IMG/VR virus record: IMGVR_UViG_3300034071_001420
DNA length: 64,000 nucleotides
Source: an uncultured virus (IMG/VR IMGVR_UViG_3300034071_001420)
Lineage: Duplodnaviria > Heunggongvirae > Uroviricota > Caudoviricetes
Strand: one strand, 5' to 3'
Below the pieces are notes generated by a model. That model was given only the letters and a program-made list of their open reading frames with translations, had not been told where the DNA came from and made no database searches. This document shows positions 58,702-64,000 of the stretch, one piece after another; position 1 is the first letter of the stretch; every line of letters begins with the position of its first letter. A program made the translations under genes and the position numbers.

Positions 58702-59745
58702 TTATTCTTCAGTTTCCTCGGTCGGGGTCGGCTCGTCCTTGCCGTAGCAGAACTCCTTGGCAACCGCAACCTCCAACTTGTCCATGACTTCCTTGGTAAA
58801 ATACTTTTCAGGATTCTTGATGATCTGCGATTCAAACGCAGTCTTGCCGCCACCCACATCAACCTTGGTGGACACCTTCTTGAAAATATCGTACTTGATG
58901 GCAATGTCTAGCAGCCCGTAATACGGATTCAGCCCCGTATCAAAGTTCAACTGCACATCCACCATCTTGTTTTCCTTGGTCTTGCGACTCTTGTAGGTCT
59001 TGCAATGGATGATGTTGCCCACCACTTCATTGTCCACCTTGTCCTTCTTCTTGGACAGGTAGATAATAGTGGACGCAGCGTACTTTAGTCCTGCACCGCC
59101 ACCCATTTCCTTGGTTGGCACATACGCACCCACCACATCGTAGGTGTGGTTGGTCATAATCATGGGAATACGAGCGTGCCCCAACTTGATGGTAAGCACA
59201 CGAAACGCAGCCTTGACCACCTGTGCACGGGTCATGTCACGGGTGTTCTTGCCTTCTGCGGTGTCGTTCATTTCCTTTTCGGTGCTCAACATACCTAGCG
59301 AATCCAGTACAATCATCATGCGTGGACGCTTGGCTTCATCGGTTTCCAAATACTTGTCAATGGCTGAAATGCACTGGTGACGGAACTCTTCCACAGTAGC
59401 CACAGGCAGAACCGCAACCCGCTGCCGATCAATGCCACGAGACTCTAGCATTTCGCTAGTGATGGACTGCTCGGAATCAAAGTATATCACCATGCTAGAC
59501 TCGTCTACATTCAGGAATTCACGAACCACATTCAGGGCAAAGTAGGTCTTGCCTGTGGCTTGCTCGCCTGCAAGGGCTACAATCTTGTTGTCAGGCAGAC
59601 CACCGTACAGCGAACCACTCACCAAAGCGTTGAACGAATACGAGCCTGTGGAAATGTACGATTGGGTATCGCTACCGTCCAGCCCTTCAATTGCAATCTT
59701 GCCGTACTTGTTGCCTGATGCCTTTAGAATGTCCTTTAGATTCAT
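58702..59745 (-). CDS. uvsX: RecA-like recombinase UvsX
   Basis: AGEQATGKT, FDSE, LDSLGML, RDMTRAQ, MGGG.GLKYAAS. Confidence 0.95.
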   Translation of the reverse strand: MNLKDILKASGNKYGKIAIEGLDGSDTQSYISTGSYSFNALVSGSLYGGLPDNKIVALAGEQATGKTYFALNVVREFLNVDESSMVIYFDSEQSITSEMLESRGIDRQRVAVLPVATVEEFRHQCISAIDKYLETDEAKRPRMMIVLDSLGMLSTEKEMNDTAEGKNTRDMTRAQVVKAAFRVLTIKLGHARIPMIMTNHTYDVVGAYVPTKEMGGGAGLKYAASTIIYLSKKKDKVDNEVVGNIIHCKTYKSRKTKENKMVDVQLNFDTGLNPYYGLLDIAIKYDIFKKVSTKVDVGGGKTAFESQIIKNPEKYFTKEVMDKLEVAVAKEFCYGKDEPTPTEETEE

Positions 59746-59921
59746 TTGCCTAATGCCTTTCGTTGTGTGTCAATAGTTTCCATCTCACCGATGTACTGCT
59801 CAATCATAACAGAAGACGACGCTTTGTCAAGCATCAATCTCTTTACTTCATTTTGCAACCACTCCTTCCTCTCACGAAGGAGGTTGCAAAGGTACTGCTT
59901 ATTTAATTCAATAATTGCCAT
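59742..59921 (-). CDS. Small hypothetical protein, 59 aa
   Basis: Below the track cutoff; MAIIELNKQYLCNLLRERKEWL; ATGA overlap with uvsX. Confidence 0.55.
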   Translation of the reverse strand: MAIIELNKQYLCNLLRERKEWLQNEVKRLMLDKASSSVMIEQYIGEMETIDTQRKALGK

Positions 59922-59922
59922 C

Positions 59923-60258
59923 TCAAGTAGTCAACTTGAGCGAGGGAATCGCCATCTCCTTGCTAGGAATCACGAGTCCTGAACCAAAAGCACTGCTGAA
60001 CTCGTTGGCTAGATCGTCCATTGGTTCTGCGGTAAACAGCACGGCATCCTTGGGAATTTCAAAACCCTGATCCTGCTTGATCGAAGCCATCCACGGCACG
60101 ATGGCAAGGCTAGCACCCTGACCGTTGCGACCGGGAACAGGAATCAACATGCACGGATTCTTTAGATGATATCCAGTAATGTTCTCACCAGTAAACTTTT
60201 CAGTCACCTTTGCAATAATCTCTTCACCGCTACGCATCTTCAAAATTAGTGTTGCCAT
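59923..60258 (-). CDS. Conserved T4-like Sm-like-fold protein
   Basis: LKMRSGEEIIA...LKNP...VPW...FGSGLVIP; usual position next to gp43. Confidence 0.7.
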   Translation of the reverse strand: MATLILKMRSGEEIIAKVTEKFTGENITGYHLKNPCMLIPVPGRNGQGASLAIVPWMASIKQDQGFEIPKDAVLFTAEPMDDLANEFSSAFGSGLVIPSKEMAIPSLKLTT

Positions 60259-60311
60259 TTGTAAATCTCCATTGTAAGGGGTTATAGTAGAGCACAGTAT
60301 CTATCAACGAA

Positions 60312-62858
60312 TCAAACGAAAAGCGAGCCTAAAGTATTCTGTTGTTCAGTTTTCCATCCCACAGCATTTGTAATACTGCGGAGCGGTTCAATAAACGATT
60401 TGTCAAATTGCATTTGCCAGTCCACATATTTTGTTAGTTCAAATTCTGCGGGCAAGGAATTTGTGAAACCAATCACATGCTCGTGTATAGGATTGGGAGT
60501 CTTCAAATAGATAAACTTAATCTTTTCTCCCTCACCAATAATCCTGTACTTCTTGTCCAACTTGTGCTTCCGCACCAAGTGGTTGTGGAGCAGTGCAGCC
60601 TTGACCGCAATAGGTGTGGATTTACGATATACGGTTTGTGAGTCCTTGTATTGACCCATTCCGTTTACTGAACGGGGGAATGCCATTGATTCAGGGGGCA
60701 ATGCCTTGAATTTTTCACGGGTAGTTTTCACAAAATCCTGTAGCGTGGACTCGTCCTTTAGCAGCACCATTTCAATTGCAGTCTTCAGCACCTTACGCAC
60801 AAACGCAGGAGTGCTGGACCGCGTGGTTTCAATACCCATGATCTTGAACTTGGGAGTCTTGTACTGCACGCCTTCGCTGTTCCACACCGACAACATATAC
60901 CGCTTCTTGGCAGTCCACACGCCCTTCTGTGCAATTACTTCTCGCCCCATGAACATCTTGTTGGCATACGCATTGGTCACGCTAGCCAACTCTGCAAACT
61001 CCTTGTCAATGAACGGTTGCAGCACACGCTCACAGAACTTGTCCAAGAACGGCACAACCTTTTCGGGTTCGGGTTCGGTCTTGAAGCCTTGCCGTACTGC
61101 CTGACCAAGTTTCAGATACACGGAATCGGTATCGCTGGCAATCACATAGTCTTCGCCTGTGGTCTTGAAAAGTTTGTTTAGATACCGATTGAGTGCTTCA
61201 CCGATCCATTGAATACTCAACTGCCCTGACAGGGTGATAGCCTCTGCAAGTGCCACATCAAAGAACCGGAAGTACTCGTTTCCAATGGCTCCGTATGCGG
61301 AGTTCAACTGAATCTTTCGCACCATCTGAAAGTTCTTGTACTTGGAAATCTCGTACTCAATGGCTTTGCGCTTGCTTGCGGGAGCATCAGGCGGAAGTGC
61401 TTCCAATTCCTTCTGCTTGCCCAACATGAGTTCCTTGTACCGCTTGCGTTCCTCGTACATGATTTCCATGAGTTCAGGCAGGAAGCCGTGACGATCCTTG
61501 CGGAACGCTACGCCGTTTGCTGCAACCGACAGATTGTGCGTCTTGGCATCGTTCAAGTATTCAGCAGGATCAATAAATGTCTTGACCACTTCACCACGAT
61601 TCCTGCTCAAGATGGAATCAGGCGAAACCAAATTTCGCTTCCATATGGGATTGGTGTCTTTGGTTTCAGGTGAAATATTGTACTGCATGATAAGGTGGGG
61701 ATACAGAGAGTTCAAGTCAAAACTCACCACCCAATCGTGCATTCCCACAAGGGGGTCTTTCACATACGCACCCGCGTACTGTTCCTTCTTTTCTGCTTCA
61801 CGCTTCTGCGGAACCACCATGCCCTTGCTCATCAAGTGATGGTGAATAATGGCATCCCATGTACGGACTTGGGAGAACACATCTTCAAAGTTTACACGGG
61901 CAGAATACGCTAGTGCCACAGCAAGATCAAGTAGTTTTAGTTTCTCTTCCAGTTTGGCAACCAGTTCCACATCCTTGTAGTTGTACTCCATGAACTTTTG
62001 AAAGTTCTGTGTGTAGAACTCCTGAAGGGTATCGTACTCGTTATACGAAACCTTTTCCTCACCCAGTTCAACCGAACACACATGGTTCAGGGAGTACGAC
62101 TCCTGCTTGACATAGGTGAACTTCATGTACAGTTCCAAATAGTCAAGGGTGGAAATACCTGCAATGGTAAACACCTTTTGGTCGCGTCCCATTCGGTTCA
62201 CGGTCATTTCACGCAACCGCCCCCACGGCGACAGGGCATTGCCCCACTCTTCGGCAATCCAATTCATGCGAGCCACCAAGTACGGAATATCAAAGAAGCG
62301 AATATTCCATCCTGTCACAATGTCAGGGTCTTCGTGCTTCCAAATCTCCACGAATCGTCGCAGCAGGCTTTCTTCGTCTGCAAAGCACTCTGCTTCCACG
62401 CCTTCAAGAGAGAAGTCTCCAAGCCCAAGCACATAGGTGTTCTTGCCCACAGTCAGCGTGATGGCAATAATGCGTTCGGTGGGCGAATCCACAGACGGGA
62501 ATCCGCCGTCACACGAAGTCTCAATATCCAAGAAGGCTACACGCAGACGGGAGAAATCGTACTCCACTTCGTGTGGAAACTCTTTATACAAGTACTGATA
62601 TACGAAACCTGTGTTGCCGTACACCTCAAAGTTGCTGACATCCTTGTACTTGTCAATGAATTCACGAGCGTCATTCACGCTTTCAAAGTCTATGGGTTCC
62701 ACGGGGTTGCCGTAGATGGTTGTTAGCCCTGTGGGCTGCTTGGACTTGATATACAGCGTTGGGCAGAACGGAACCGCTTCGTGTACACGACACCCGTTTC
62801 GCCATCCGCGATACAGCACATTCTTGCCACGAAGATCAACGCTTGTATAGAAGTCCAT
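60312..62858 (-). CDS. gp43: Family B DNA polymerase, T4 gp43-like
   Basis: DIET, GWN..FFDIPY, SFDLNSLYPH, KIQLNSAYG, SDTDS, KKRY. Confidence 0.97.
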   Translation of the reverse strand: MDFYTSVDLRGKNVLYRGWRNGCRVHEAVPFCPTLYIKSKQPTGLTTIYGNPVEPIDFESVNDAREFIDKYKDVSNFEVYGNTGFVYQYLYKEFPHEVEYDFSRLRVAFLDIETSCDGGFPSVDSPTERIIAITLTVGKNTYVLGLGDFSLEGVEAECFADEESLLRRFVEIWKHEDPDIVTGWNIRFFDIPYLVARMNWIAEEWGNALSPWGRLREMTVNRMGRDQKVFTIAGISTLDYLELYMKFTYVKQESYSLNHVCSVELGEEKVSYNEYDTLQEFYTQNFQKFMEYNYKDVELVAKLEEKLKLLDLAVALAYSARVNFEDVFSQVRTWDAIIHHHLMSKGMVVPQKREAEKKEQYAGAYVKDPLVGMHDWVVSFDLNSLYPHLIMQYNISPETKDTNPIWKRNLVSPDSILSRNRGEVVKTFIDPAEYLNDAKTHNLSVAANGVAFRKDRHGFLPELMEIMYEERKRYKELMLGKQKELEALPPDAPASKRKAIEYEISKYKNFQMVRKIQLNSAYGAIGNEYFRFFDVALAEAITLSGQLSIQWIGEALNRYLNKLFKTTGEDYVIASDTDSVYLKLGQAVRQGFKTEPEPEKVVPFLDKFCERVLQPFIDKEFAELASVTNAYANKMFMGREVIAQKGVWTAKKRYMLSVWNSEGVQYKTPKFKIMGIETTRSSTPAFVRKVLKTAIEMVLLKDESTLQDFVKTTREKFKALPPESMAFPRSVNGMGQYKDSQTVYRKSTPIAVKAALLHNHLVRKHKLDKKYRIIGEGEKIKFIYLKTPNPIHEHVIGFTNSLPAEFELTKYVDWQMQFDKSFIEPLRSITNAVGWKTEQQNTLGSLFV

Positions 62859-63124
62859 TATCTCTCCACCATTGCGATCCAGTCCTGATGCACCAAGTCC
62901 TTGCCATCATACCCGCGACCAAGGTTCTTTGTCAAGTCCCACATCACCTTGTCGCCTATTTTAATGTCCTCGGTCAGATCAGGGCTGATATCCACAACTT
63001 CACCCCAAACCATTTTACAAGTAACCTTTTCGTTATAAATGATTCCCGCTTCGGTGGTTTTTTGCCCACCCAGTTTGGTTGCGACTAGTACCCATTTTCC
63101 GATTGGCTTTAGTTTCTTTTTCAT
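62858..63124 (-). CDS. groES: GroES-like co-chaperonin
   Basis: [10 protein letters not shown]...KTTEAGII...GEVV.I....IKIGDKV. Confidence 0.8.
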   Translation of the reverse strand: MKKKLKPIGKWVLVATKLGGQKTTEAGIIYNEKVTCKMVWGEVVDISPDLTEDIKIGDKVMWDLTKNLGRGYDGKDLVHQDWIAMVER

Positions 63125-64000
63125 TCAAATACTCCTTCTAAAGTATTAGGGACTTCTTGAGCAATTCGTGCTTCTGCCAGTTTCACATATTCAGGATTTA
63201 GTTCTGTGCCGATATAGTTTCGTCCGTGAGTCAATGCCACCACAGCAGTTGTGCCGCTGCCTGTGAACGGATCAAACACCGTACACGGAGTTATTGTGGC
63301 ATTTTCGCAAGTGCATGATGGAACCCATCCGATAGTTTTAGAATGGCAAACTGGGCCTCTTCTAATATCTTTGGTTTCTCCACCACCTTGTAGGTTTTTT
63401 CCGTTCTTTCCTTCTGGCAGATTACCGCTTCTTCCACTACCACTTTCAAATGTTCTTTTTATTTCTACCTCTCTGCTCCAAGGTCTACCACACTTTGAAC
63501 AGCATCCGTGTTCGCTAGTTCCTGCCAGTACACACGGTTGGATCAAGTCCTTTGGGTAAGTGGCAAAGTGTGCGCCCTTGTACGCCTTGGTAGTCACCGT
63601 CCACACCGAACGCTTGTTTCGCTTGCCGTCTGCCGCCCACACCCGATCAGGTTCTAGTGCAGGATCGCGTGCGCCCTTGTCTTGCGGTTGTGTGCGGTTC
63701 TTGTTGCCCGGTGCGTGTGGCTTGCCCACAGCGTCTTCCTTGACAGCCTCGTGATCGTAGTAGTACTTGGGCTGTTTGGTCAACATGAAAATGTACTCAT
63801 GCGACTTGGTGCAGCGGTCGGTCACACTCTCGGGCATGGGATTGGGCTTGTTCCAAATAATGTCTTGACGCAAATACCATCCGTCAGCCTGTAGAGCAAG
63901 AGCCACTCGCCACGGAATACCAATCAAGTCCTTGTGCTTTAGCCCTTCACGCTTGGCTCCTGCCTTGCCCTTTTGGCTCACACCCTTGTAGCCGTCAGCG
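63121..64000 (-). CDS. DNA amino-methyltransferase, 5' end outside the window
   Basis: [51 protein letters not shown]; the frame stays open to the window edge. Confidence 0.9.
   Translation of the reverse strand, partial: ADGYKGVSQKGKAGAKREGLKHKDLIGIPWRVALALQADGWYLRQDIIWNKPNPMPESVTDRCTKSHEYIFMLTKQPKYYYDHEAVKEDAVGKPHAPGNKNRTQPQDKGARDPALEPDRVWAADGKRNKRSVWTVTTKAYKGAHFATYPKDLIQPCVLAGTSEHGCCSKCGRPWSREVEIKRTFESGSGRSGNLPEGKNGKNLQGGGETKDIRRGPVCHSKTIGWVPSCTCENATITPCTVFDPFTGSGTTAVVALTHGRNYIGTELNPEYVKLAEARIAQEVPNTLEGVFE

Overview
A 64 kb segment of a large T4-like (myovirus-type) phage genome, probably infecting a diderm (Gram-negative) host. Left to right it holds: (i) accessory and envelope genes, including a cyclic-phosphate-processing receiver-like protein, two paralogous virion-like proteins and a beta-barrel outer-membrane protein; (ii) a GC-rich block with sigma70-type leaderless promoters, a non-coding repeat region, two tRNAs and the phage CobS-like AAA / VWA-metallopeptidase pair; (iii) a long plus-strand late region of probable head-internal proteins with T4 capsid-targeting-like N-termini, a gp68-like core protein, an exonuclease, and an RNA-ligase-like plus HIGH-nucleotidyltransferase pair; (iv) a RuvC-like resolvase, a lipoprotein trypsin protease and class II RNR; (v) a tail-fibre/collagen/RCC1 cluster with glycosyl- and sulfotransferases; (vi) the T4-type replication module (thyX, gp61, gp41, uvsX, gp43, GroES-like) with two DNA methyltransferases. 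The most striking unexplained signal is an 87-nt intergenic element (7517-7603) that looks like a circularly permuted, miniaturised copy of 23S rRNA domain IV (H67/H69/H70), with H68 and H71 removed. All family assignments come from motifs read by eye and recalled reference sequences; no searches were run.
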